DNA of 64,000 nucleotides from Ostrea edulis (Eukaryota): NCBI RefSeq assembly GCF_947568905.1, contig NC_079169.1, positions 66,712,001 to 66,776,000 of the forward strand, read 5' to 3'. Shown piece by piece: positions 11,759 to 23,900 of this stretch (position 1 is its first letter; each line of letters starts with the position of its first letter). The notes under the pieces were generated by a model. It saw only the letters and a program-made list of their open reading frames with translations, ran no database searches and was not told where the DNA came from. The position numbers and the translations under genes were made by a program.

Positions 11759-12311
11759 TTTCCATTTCTAAATGTCTGCAAGAAAAAGAAATGGTATAAA
11801 CTGCCTGTTTTCCAACAGTTGTCTATTATCTCAGAGACAAAGAATTATCAGAGTGACCTCTTTTCATGACATTTCATTTATCAAGGTCTTATCAATACAT
11901 CTACCAGCATAGCCGCCAGGTAATGTGTTTAATTGAAACATTTCCTTAAATCTCCCTTTTAAATGCATTTTAAAATCTACAGAGTCATTGCTTTATTTCT
12001 GTTGTTCTATCTTTTATAGCATAAGAAATTCAATTTTTTTCCATAAAGCTCATCTGTAACAAATATCACCTCCATATTGTTGAATCACTACCTCAGATTG
12101 CTTGGCAGATCCTCAAACTCAAATTTGTTCAGATTTGAAGTAAGAATGAATAAAAGCTCTCCTTTTTGTGGTTAGTTCCAGAAGAATGTGTGCTCTTGCT
12201 TTTGATTTAAAATCAAATACATGATGGGCGGATCCAGAAAATTTTCAAAGGGGGGGGGGTGTAGTTGTGACCAAGGATGGTACATTAATTTTCAAAAAAG
12301 GGGAATTGTGG

Positions 12312-13088
12312 TACGGTACCAAATTTCTGCCATCACTTGTCAGATATATATGTTAATTTGTCAGATAATTATGTTGATTGACAAGTCCTTGTACATTCTT
12401 TCTCATCTTTTAATTCTGATATACCAATACCATTTGCTGACAAGTCAAAATTGCGATTTGACAAGTGGACATCATTATCTGACCAGTCAACATAATTATC
12501 TGACAATTCAACATATATATCTGACAATTCAACATAATCATCTAACAAGTCAACAAAAACATCTGACAAGTCAACATAATGATCTTGGTTAGGGTTACGT
12601 TTGGGCTTGACAAATCATGTTGACTTGTCAGATCTTTATGACGACTTGTCAGATCTTTATGTAGACTTGTCACTTATTCATGTGTTTAAAAGTTCAATAT
12701 GAAAATGTGTTCATGCTCAGTTTGTGCCATCCAATTGACAACATATTTTTCTGACAAGTCGACACAAAGATCTGAAAAGTCAACATTATTATCTGACAAG
12801 TCGACATCACTTTCCAGCAAGTCGTATAATATCTGAAAAGTCAACATAATCATCTGACAAGTTGACATGTTAGACTTTTGAGAAAATTATGTTAACTTGT
12901 CAGATCATTATGTTATATGTCAACCTGTCAGATATTATGATGATAAGCAAATGACAGTTGCATTAACACACTTTAATTACAAGATACTGAGTTCCTAGTG
13001 ATGATGATTATTTTCTGACAAGTTGACATAAAGATCTGACAAATGGACATAACTATCTGACAAGTAGTGGCATAAATATGCCACCATA
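12312..13088. mobile_element. TA-flanked foldback-like MITE built from ~21-bp ACTTGTCAGAT subrepeats
   Basis: Imperfect ~35-bp TIRs (TACGGTACC...ACTTGTCAGATA versus TATGGTGGC...ACTTGTCAGATA), with internal blocks of TTGTCAGAT / TCTGACAA in alternating orientation. Confidence 0.65.
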
Positions 13089-13443
13089 CATTGTGTCTAT
13101 ATGTCAGATCATTATGTCATTATTACTAATTAGTGGATGGCACATTTTGGGTGTGAAAGCATTTTTATAGTTCAAATATTCATTTTGGGATTACAAATCC
13201 CAAAACTCACCTACTGCAAGATGCAATTTCTATATAAATCCTTAAAATAGTTAATAATAAGTGCTTTTAAAAAAAATCTTGAACTTCAAATTATTCTTTT
13301 CCTTCAACCTACTATTTTTAAAGGAAAAATAATCTGTAAAACTGTAAAATTTTGATTTTTTTTTCACCATGTCTCTGCATATTACAAAAACAATAGGGAA
13401 TATATACTGGAGAGTTAGCTAAGTTATGTCCCTTGATTTTCAG

Positions 13444-13722
13444 ATGCAGTATCTTATCCCTGTTTGTCTGTTGGTGTTGCTGGCTAGCTGTGAGGCTGGC
13501 GTTGTCAAATGTAGAGCCCAGTGTGGGAATCAATTTGGGGACTGTTGTTCATCTGTGTGCAACGGTAATGTTCAACATCTTGGGGTTTTCAATGTCGCGC
13601 TGCATTGCCATTACAACCGATCTGTGGCCTCACATATTCACTGTGGGACAGAGTGCCATGAAAAGTTCCTAAACTGTACCATGGAGTGTGGAAGCATTGA
13701 TCCTACTTTGCTTGGAAAATAA
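13444..13722 (+). CDS. Small secreted cysteine-rich protein, 92 aa (signal peptide plus 10-Cys mature domain)
   Basis: Acceptor GATTTTCAG directly before the ATG. Hydrophobic leader MQYLIPVCLLVLLASCEA. Mature GVVKCRAQCGNQFGDCCSSVC...CHYNRSVASHIHCGTECHEKFLNCTMECGSIDPTLLGK with an even, regularly spaced Cys set. GC content elevated relative to flanks. Confidence 0.8.
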   Translation: MQYLIPVCLLVLLASCEAGVVKCRAQCGNQFGDCCSSVCNGNVQHLGVFNVALHCHYNRSVASHIHCGTECHEKFLNCTMECGSIDPTLLGK

Positions 13723-14989
13723 AAGCCTGTCATATCAATGTTCTGTTTTACTTCTACTATTCTAGCTAGAGGCCCATGGGCCGCATCGCTCACCTGAGTC
13801 ACCTTTGCCCTTATCTGAAGACTTTCCATATATATTTATAACCTTAATATCTTGAACCCTTGAGTATCTCAAAGTTTCTTCCCTGTCCCATTGAGTTTGA
13901 GATAAAGAGGTGTGACTGTACTATCAACATAGATACACATACAATGGGATACCTTGTTCAGTGCAACACGAGTTACTTCCCCCTGAATACAAGGGGCGCA
14001 CAACATGATGGGGTCCTCAAGTGATTGCGTCATTATAAGGAATAGATAGAAAATTTACTATTTCTGATTGTAATTAAGTGCCAGTTATGGACTTTCTGTA
14101 GAAATTATGTGCAATTACTGACAAATGATATGACTGTACAAAATTCTTAGTCATTTATCATATTTATGTATCCCGTATGTGATTTTTCATTGTCCATGGT
14201 GTCTCAGTTTCGATCAGAATATTAATGTTTGTGCAAATCAACTTAACCACAATACACACACAAAAAATCATCAAGCACATAGCACTAAAATGAAAACTTG
14301 TAATGAATCAAGAGGGAAGGGGGCTGCCCTATTTTTTTCCAACAATGTACTTTTTCTATTATCATTACAAGCTAAGTTGTTATTTTAGCAAGCAAAGTTT
14401 GATTGATAGGTTGCCCCCTTTTTTATATGGTAGCATTAAATAAATTTAAGGAATTAACTAAATGAATTTCAGGACTAACCTCTTGCCCCCCCCCCCCCCC
14501 CCCCCCCCCCCCTTCAAAATTTAGGATTTGGAGCTTTTGGGTTTTGTTATATTTGTCTGTTTGTTTTTCAGACAGTAATTGTGAAGTCAATTCAGTCTAA
14601 TTAGAATTAGTACGCCCCCTACTTCTGGTGTAAGGGCAGTAACTGCAAAACTGAAGGCCATTATCCATTCACTCTTATGCACAAGTCATTAATTTATGAT
14701 TTACTTCATACCCCACATGAAATCAGTATGCCTCTATTCTTATCACAGTATACATTCAATAAACATTCACGCAACACTGTTAATAAAATAAGAACCAAGA
14801 TATTAGTATAAATACATAATTTATTTCCACTTTAAAAAATTCACAATATCTAAGTTTCTTGCACTGTTCTTTCCCCTGGACGGAATGCTTGTCGAGATTT
14901 CTATAATTATCACAGTATTGTCAGTCACAGAACACTATGTGTACTCAGTATATTGCCTGACGTCGTCTCGTCGATTGCTTCACAATGTG

Positions 14990-17900
14990 TCACACTCGTA
15001 GAGAGGCTCTGGCTTTGTCAAGAATTTCTTTCCTAATTTTGGGGTAATTTGGATGATTACCTAAAACCTGAAACATTCAGTGTACAACTGTTATACAATG
15101 TAAAATATTCATGGAAATAAAAACACAAATCTGAAGCATACAATTCTAAGATTCATGGTGTGAAATTTGTACTTACATGATGACAAATATCAATTGCATC
15201 AACGAATCTCTTCGCCTTCAGGTAATTGAAAGCTAACTTGAAACCTGAAACATAAAACAATCTGCTTTATTCTAAATCACAAACTTCATTTAGTAATGTG
15301 TACATAAATATTTCAATACCAAATTTCATCGACACAACTATCTTCTCTAAGCTTTATAGATAAATACTGTGTACACCATGGTTTCAACAACTTTTGTGGG
15401 CATCAGTTGTCATGAATTTCTTGAAAAATACAGATCTGTTAAAACATAATTTCAAGGAAAGGAAATGTTGTTCCTTTAGAAATAAACACTAAATATTTAG
15501 CTAAACACTCGATATTTTTATCTGGTCTGATGTGATGAAACCACGGTATTTATTTCACAAAGTAATGAATAGAACACCTAATACATTACCTATTACTGGG
15601 TTGTTTTTATTGCCATATTTCCAGGCCATTTCATAACTAGAAGCAGCATCTTTGTAAGACTGTTCCTTCTCAAAAATATATCCCAAATATTCGTGAGCTT
15701 TGCAACAGGACTGTGGGGAAAAAAGATTACAATTTAAAAGTGAAAATATGAAAATTGAATTAAAGCCACTGGTATTTACTTTTAAGAATTAAAATTTTGA
15801 AAGCTAACCTTGTTGTGTTGTAAGCATCTCTTCAACAGTTCTGTAGCCATGTCATACTTTCCTGTCTACAAGAAAACACAGACTGTTAAATCATGTCAAT
15901 GCACGGTTACAAGCTTTCCTGTAATATCATCATTGGATTTATAGCCATCACACCACATATTTTGTCAGAAACAAAATTTTCTCTAAATTGATTTATTGTG
16001 CTAAAAGAAATGACTAAAACCTAAAATTAGCCAAGAATGATTTAATTTTTTGTTGTTGAAAGGATGCAGCTAATGATGCAGCTAATGAAATCTGCAATCA
16101 TTGGTTCATAAACATCAAGCACAAGTTGAAGTTTTCCTACACAAAGCCATTGATTAGTACCTGGATGTAGATGTCTGCCAACAAAAGCCAACCTTTTTCA
16201 AGATCTTCAGCATCCTATAAAATATGAAAATACTTTTAATTTCAATAAATTCCTACCAGGAAATTCAACACAGTAAAATTTGGTTTCAATGAGGTAGTGA
16301 AACATCTGCAAAAAATCCAGGTTATTTAAAGACATTTCTACAATTTTTTCCTTTGGGAATCATAATTTATGACACATCATTTAGCTTCACAAACTGTATG
16401 AAATTTTTAAATGTTTTTTTCAATCTCATCAAAATTAGGCCCTTTAATCCACCCCTTTTTGATGCCTGTGTTAGAAATCCAAGTGGGAAGATGAAAGGAT
16501 CTCTATGTGTACACATGTAATTTTGTTTTTTCCCTCCATGATTTTCTGACCTGCATGGTCCAGTTATTTTTAGCAATCCTTTTTAACTGGTTCCTGGCCC
16601 TTGGTGTCTGCTTCAGCACCATATAAGCTGCTGCAATCCCGTACAGTGCACCAACATGTTCTCGCTGTGTGAACAAAAATAATAAATGTTACTTTCCAGT
16701 ACGGGTAGTTATTCTGTGAATACGAAATTCTGTAATCAAGGAACATAGCACATAGTGATAACGCACACTAACTAGGTCAAAATCAACTATTCTCGAATAT
16801 ATCTGGGTTTTTTCTATTGCATTTCTTCGCAGCATCACAGAAATACAAGTAAAATCTTTTTCAAGGCTAATGCTATGAATTTATTCCTGAATATAGCTGG
16901 GGGGTTTTCTATTGCATTTCTTCGCAGCATTACAGAAATACAAGTAAAATCTTTTTCAAGGCTTATGCTATAAATTTGCATCATTAACAACACTCAACTT
17001 CCATGTCTACAGCACACAGTAATGTGTTTGATTTGCAGATTTTAGAGAAAGGAGTTCGTATGTGTTTTACTGCACTGAAGAAATCATTTATTTACTGTAT
17101 TTTCACAAATACACTTTAATTTATATTTGTTTTGAACCTGTTTCCTTCTACGTGTGTGCGTAAAAATGGACATTGTAAGTACATATACTTTCTTCTAAAC
17201 AACAAAAATAATAATTTGCAACTATCAACAACAATGAATAACAATGTGAATAACCTTTAACATTGATAACAGACTGAGGCCATTATCTGTGAACCATTCA
17301 CATTCAATGACACCGGTACCATTAGTTTGTAAGTTTACAGAAGTGTTTTACTTATCTATTAAAAACTACTAGGTATCAAAGAATTTGGTCTGAATAATTA
17401 AGTTTGTAATGACTAAAACATAAATAACTAAAACTAGTGGAACAGTGACGTATCTGTGCACGCTACGATTCAAAGTGGATGTGCTGCTGGTCCGTTATTT
17501 GTGAGCTCTATAAATAGATCTGTGAGCTCTATGAAAAAAGAAGGTAACTATATTTGTCTACCCCTGACACCAAGAAATCAATTTGTTTTCCCTGTAACCA
17601 GTCACAACACCTACCGCTGAACCAGAAGCAGGATTCTCCAAGTTGGGCTACATAAAACAATAATGCATGATGGCAAGTTTCTAAATCAAATCTACATTCA
17701 CATTCTGATCTTATATTTACATTCTAATCTTATCTGCTACAAGACCTGGTAAATGCCCCAAATCTGACAGATATTGTAATTCATTGCTTCAGACCTCATA
17801 GATAATTGAAATTCCCCCATTAAGATTAAAATAAAGGACATGTACTTTGTTACACACTTGAAGTGACATGACCAGCCACACGTAAAGTCAGGTTCATGAT

Positions 17901-20900
17901 TCAGTTAGTAGTAAAGCTGTATATAATGTATGCTTCCGCTTATATCAAAAGTCCATATGATGCATAGTATATGCAAAAAAAAATAAAATATCAGTTTTGA
18001 ATATACTGTACATTGCTAGATATTCATTTTCAAAACAGTGTGCAGACTCAACCTCATAAAATGGGTGACAATATAATACAATTGTTAAGAATTTGCAACA
18101 AGCGGCTTGGAATACATGTAAGTACAGAACAGCACTGAATGATTACTAAATGAGGCTTCACATGATTTCTTGATTACTGGTACTACATTAGATTATGTTA
18201 CATGGTCATTATACTGTATCATGTGTTGATTTTCAAAGTTATGAAGATAAACAGGAAATGAAAGTTATCAGTCATGTCACTTTAAGTCAACAATCTGTGA
18301 TCTAAATTGATTTCAGATTCTTACTTAAAGAAAGACTTATACATAAAGACAAAGTCCATTTTTATATAAATTCAACTGATATACATTGTACAAATATATT
18401 CTACCACTCATTACAGATGCATACGAAACAAATCACATGTTTATTTCCTACACACAAACACTGAAACTAATGCCCTACCTCATTAGCACTGATTTCCATG
18501 AGATTATTCAGGGCTTTTTCCACATTCTGCTTTTGTTTTGAAGCAACCAGTGACATGTTCTCCAACATCGTGGGTCTCAAGTCCCCAGGCTTAGCTTTCA
18601 CTTCCTGCAATCAAACCAAACCTAAATTAGCATTGAAAAATAACGGTGTATTGTAGTGGTAGGTAAAAGCAATGATGTTTTTTATCATATGATCAAATAA
18701 TTCTGAGATTTCTGATTGGCTTAAATCCAACAAGCCTTTGAGATGAATATATCATTTGATTTTTTTTCAACATTGGACAAAAATTAAATTGGGAATTTCC
18801 TAAATGATACGACTGATTAATATTTTTAGGTTGTTTGATAAAAACCCATTTCTCGACAACTGTTGACTAGGTTTTGCACACATAGCTGTGGAAACTGGAC
18901 TACTTCAGCATGAACTGGAGCAACAATTGTTGCATTATAATAACATCGAGCCCAATCTCATGGTGACTGCTCAGGTATCATCTGGTAAGTTTCTTTTACA
19001 AAATGGATGACTAGGTAGGGTTTTGTAGGCCCTGCCAGTCAGTTTTGATGGTTTAAATTATTCAATCACATAATAAAACAATTATTGACATTTCCTCAGT
19101 CAATATTGTACTTCAACAGTAGCTGAAGTATAATACTAACCGCATATATGTCAATAATTATATAGCATTGGTAGATAAATGTAATAATGTGTTGTAGTGG
19201 TCGATTTATGTTATAATGTGTTGTAGTGGTCGATTTATGTAATAATGTGTTGTAGTGGTCGATTTATGTAATAATGTGTTGTAGTGGTAGATTTATGTAA
19301 TAATGTGTTGTAGTGGTAGATAAATGTAATAATGTGTTGTAGTGGTAGATTTATGTAATAATGTGTTGTAGTGGTAGATTTATGTAATAATGTGTTGTAG
19401 TGGTAGATTTATGTAATAATGTGTTGTAGTGGTAGATTTATGTAATAATGTGTTGTAGTGGTAGATTTATGTAATAATGTGTTGTAGTGGTAGATAAATG
19501 TAACAAGAGGTACTGTGAGCAATGCTCACCAAGAATACCCCCCGCTTACCCCAATCTCCCAAAGGGTGTTGGTAATAGGTATAAACTACCTCTTTTCTGA
19601 GTGTAAAAAACAAATGGCATGACAAACCGAACCATATTGCTACTTCGATGTCCAGTGCATGTGACCTTTGACCTTTTGACCCCAAAATCGATAGGGAACA
19701 TCTTCATCCCATGGGTAGTCCATATGTATGATATGGTGACTGTAGGTGGAAAGGATAACGCTTTAGAGCCCGGAAACCATATTGCTACTTCGATGTCCAG
19801 TGTGCTTGACCTTTGACCCCAAAATCGATAGGGAACATCTTCATCCCATGGGTAGTCCATATGTATGATATGGTGACGGTAGGTGGAAAGGATAATGCTT
19901 AAGAGCCCGGAAACCATTGCGTCTACAGACGGACGGACGGACGGACAGACAGACGGACAACCCGATTCCAGTATACCCCCCCCACAACTTGTTGCGGGGG
20001 GTATAATAATGTGTTGTAGAGGTAGATTTATGTAATAATGTGTTGTAGTGGTAGATTTATGTTGTAATGTGTTGTAGTGGTAGATAAATGTAATAATGTG
20101 TTGTAGTGGTAGATTTATGTAATAATGTGTTGTAGTGGTAGATAAATGTAATAATGTGTTGTATTGGTAGATAACTGTAATAATGTGTTGTAGTGGTAGA
20201 TTTATGTAATAATGTGTTGTAGTGGTAGATTTATGTTATAATGTGTTGTAGTGGTAGATAAATGTAATAATGTGTTGTAGTGGTAGATTTATGTTATAAT
20301 GTGTTGTAGTGGTAGATTTTTGTAATAATGTGTTGTAGTGGTAGATTTATGTAATAATGTGTTGTAGAGGTAGATTTATGTAATAATGTGTTGTAGATGT
20401 AGATTTATGTAATAATGTGTTGTAATGGTAGATAAATGTAATAATGTGTTGTAGATGTAGATTTATGTAATAATGTGTTGTAGAGGTAGATTTATGTAAT
20501 AATGTGTTGTAGTGGTAGATTTATGTAATAATGTGTTGTAGTGGTAGATAAATGTTATAATGTGTTGTAGTGGTAGATAAATGTTATAATGTGTTGTAGA
20601 GGTAGATTTATGTAATAATGTGTTGTAGTGGTAGATTTATGTTATAATGTGTTGTAGAGGTAGATTTATGTAATAATGTGTTGTAGTGGTAGATAAATGT
20701 AATAATGTGTTGTAGTGGTAGATTTATGTTATAATGTGTTGTAGTGGTAGCTTTATGTTATAATGTGTTGTAGTGGTAGCTTTATGTAATAATGTGTTGT
20801 AGTGGTAGATAAATGTAATAATGTGTTGTAGAGGTAGATTTATGCAATTCAAGATTCCCCATTTACGTGTATGAAACTGATATGATCCTTTTCATTACGT

Positions 20901-23900
20901 ACTTTGAGTAATTTTTCAGCCGTTCTGACAGCCACTTGTTCACTCTCCATTTTGTCTCTATCCACAGCTCTGGTTAAAAGAAATATTATTTTCATACAAC
21001 TTGTGCTTGTCCAAATCTCTGAATACAAGTTCGTATTCATAGAATTAATTCAAGCCTTCTTCAACATATAACAGTAAAATCATAAGTTGAGATAAAATGA
21101 AAAACAAAATTTTCTATCAAGATTTCCAAAAGTTACTGAAAGCTATACATACATATTATAAGATTTCGTGGAGGTTAAATTTCATGGACTTTGTGTGTAT
21201 CCCCATCTCGTGAATTGCAAACAACAATGAAATAACAATTTATAAGATGTTTCAATCTCCAGAATTCATACCGGCATCCTAACAATTACATCTGAACAAA
21301 ATTTTGGAAATCCATGAAAATTTAACCGATTCCATACCATTCAATTTATCCCTTCATCAAAAATTACATTAAGGTGAAATGCGTTTAGCCTACAAGTACA
21401 GAGTTTTTGAAATCTGATTCTTGCATGCTGGACATTTCTATCAGTCCTAGAAATGAATTTTTCTGTTGCTCCAAAAGGAACTTTTGACAGACAAAACTTT
21501 ACAATTGGCAATTTCCAAAAAATAAAATAAAAAATAAAATAAAATTCTGCCTGTAAGTTTGTTAATAAATTTTTGATTATAACGACTATATATCTACCCT
21601 GTTCCTTCGTCCTCGAACACTTCCCCGCCCAGCGTGTCGTTGTCGGGGTTCAGACAGATCTCTATCATGTTGTAAATAGACAGGTTTCCCCAGTCATTGT
21701 CTTTACGGGCTTTGTTGAATAACTTCAGAGCTGCAGTAGGGTTACCAGTGTACCTGAAAATAGAAAGCATAATACTCACATCACAACAGAAAGCTTACTC
21801 CTGACTTCACAACAGAAAGCATACTCCTCACCACACAACAAACATTTTAACATTCATGCTTTCATACTGAGAGAGAATGCTTAGAACATGCATTGGTATC
21901 CTCCATTTTGTTAATTATCCAACATTACATTAAATATTCTTAGCCCTTCCTGGAAGGTCAGGAGCCCCATTTTACAAGAGGTCCATGGGCCACATTGCTC
22001 ACATGGTGAGCTAAAACAGTCTTACAACTAATATCAATATTCTTAATTGGTCAATCATGTTTCCATGTATGTCTAAAATTTGTAAAAATACAGTGTATGT
22101 GAATACTTCCATAGACTTTGCATTTCAAAAAAAAGTGCAGCACAAGGTAAATTGCACAAAAGTATTTTTGGTTCTAATTCTTATTAAGTTTTGTAAAATG
22201 GGCCCCTGATCTTTAGACATAACATCCACAGAAGAACATCTAAAGTGTCTCATCTCTGAAATAAGCATTTGTCTTTCACTTTCCCAGTTCATCCCTACCA
22301 TTCATGAAGTCCTTTACAGTAGTTAAATCCGGCCTCCAGGGATGCCCTGCCTGAGGCGTTTTCTGCGGCTTCTAGGAATTTTGGCACCTCCTCGAGCTTT
22401 CCTGATCTCCTCATCAGGTCCACAATCCCAGCCAAGGCCTCATAGTTATCTGTCAACAAACACACCAGTGACAAAGTACTGTAGACTGTTGAAATTTTCT
22501 GGTTGTAGAGCTGCTTTTTTTAAAATTTAAACTCCCATGAAAAGTACTATTTTACACCTCTGCTGTTACAGACTGATAGGTTCGTTTAAAACTACCTGGT
22601 TTAAGTGTTACAGACTGATAGGTTCGTTTAAAACTAACCTGGTTTAAGTGTTAAAGACTGATAGGTTCGTTTAAAACTACCTGGTTTAAGTGTTACAGAC
22701 TGATAGGTTCGTTTAAAACTAACCTGGTTTAAGTGTCAACAGCTGTTGGAAATGGTGGACTGCTGAGTCATATTCATTCTTTCTGAACATAAGGTCGGCC
22801 AACATCTACAAAGAGAAAATACCGTGTAGTCAATTTTCGAGTCACTTGATTTAATTTTCTCATATTTACCGGGTAGTGTTTTTTCTTTTTTTTATGCTTG
22901 GTTTCTCTGTTACCAGGTACTTACGATTGTAGCAGCATCATTTTCTTTTTCGTTTTTCAGAAGAGACATCAATTGATGTTGGCACGAGTCCAAGTCTTCT
23001 GTCATCAGATATAATCCCGCCAAATCCAACATAACCTAGGACATTAAATCAAATCATGCTGAATATCATAGAATTTAAATGAAATCATACTGATTATCAC
23101 CGAAAGGAATTTCAGCTTGATTTTCATGTAAAAGCTGCCTTATTGTGAAAATAATATTCTCCTAATACATGTAATTAATATATTAATGCACAAATTGAAT
23201 CTTCATGAAATTTTTATCTCAGACACCGAAAATTCCAAGAAGGGTAACATTTTACAGAAATAGGTCTTCACAAAATATAAGTGAATTACAGCATATGCTG
23301 AAATCTGCTGTATCAGAAATAACACAGTATATCAATACACAGGACCACCATAATGTTCTGCACAACAGTAAACTATTAAACTACTTTATAAGACCTATTA
23401 CCTTGCTATCATTTTCATTATAAACCAAGGCCTCCTTGTAGAACTTGATGGCTTTCTCATAGTCCCTCTGTCCCTTTACTTGTTCCGACATTGTCACACA
23501 GATGCTGTTAGAAAAGAAACATGTAAATCGACTGGTTTTACATGGATTTCTGTATGGATTTGTAGTTAATCTTGTACAGTTAAATCTGATCAATACATAC
23601 TCTGATGCCAGCTGTTTTTGTTGGCTCACTACGTCGGGTTGCTCTATCTGCACTCTCTTCAAAACCCTGCCAAAATTAACATACTTGTACGTTTGAGATC
23701 ATGTTTTATTTATAGAAGCATATACATGTAATTTCCATTTTACCAATGTTAAAAAGGTATCTGTTTAAACCAATACACAGACATTCATTTAGAAATTAAT
23801 TAGCCCACCTTATCTGTGTTGTCTAGACAAACTATTAAGCCTACCTTGTCTGTATTATCTAGACACCACTTAGTCTACCTTGTCTGTATTATCTAGACAC

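Noticed and set aside
17509-17514. TATA box for a nested antisense gene
   Set aside because: Only about 17 nt upstream of the candidate ATG, too close for a TATA-directed start.
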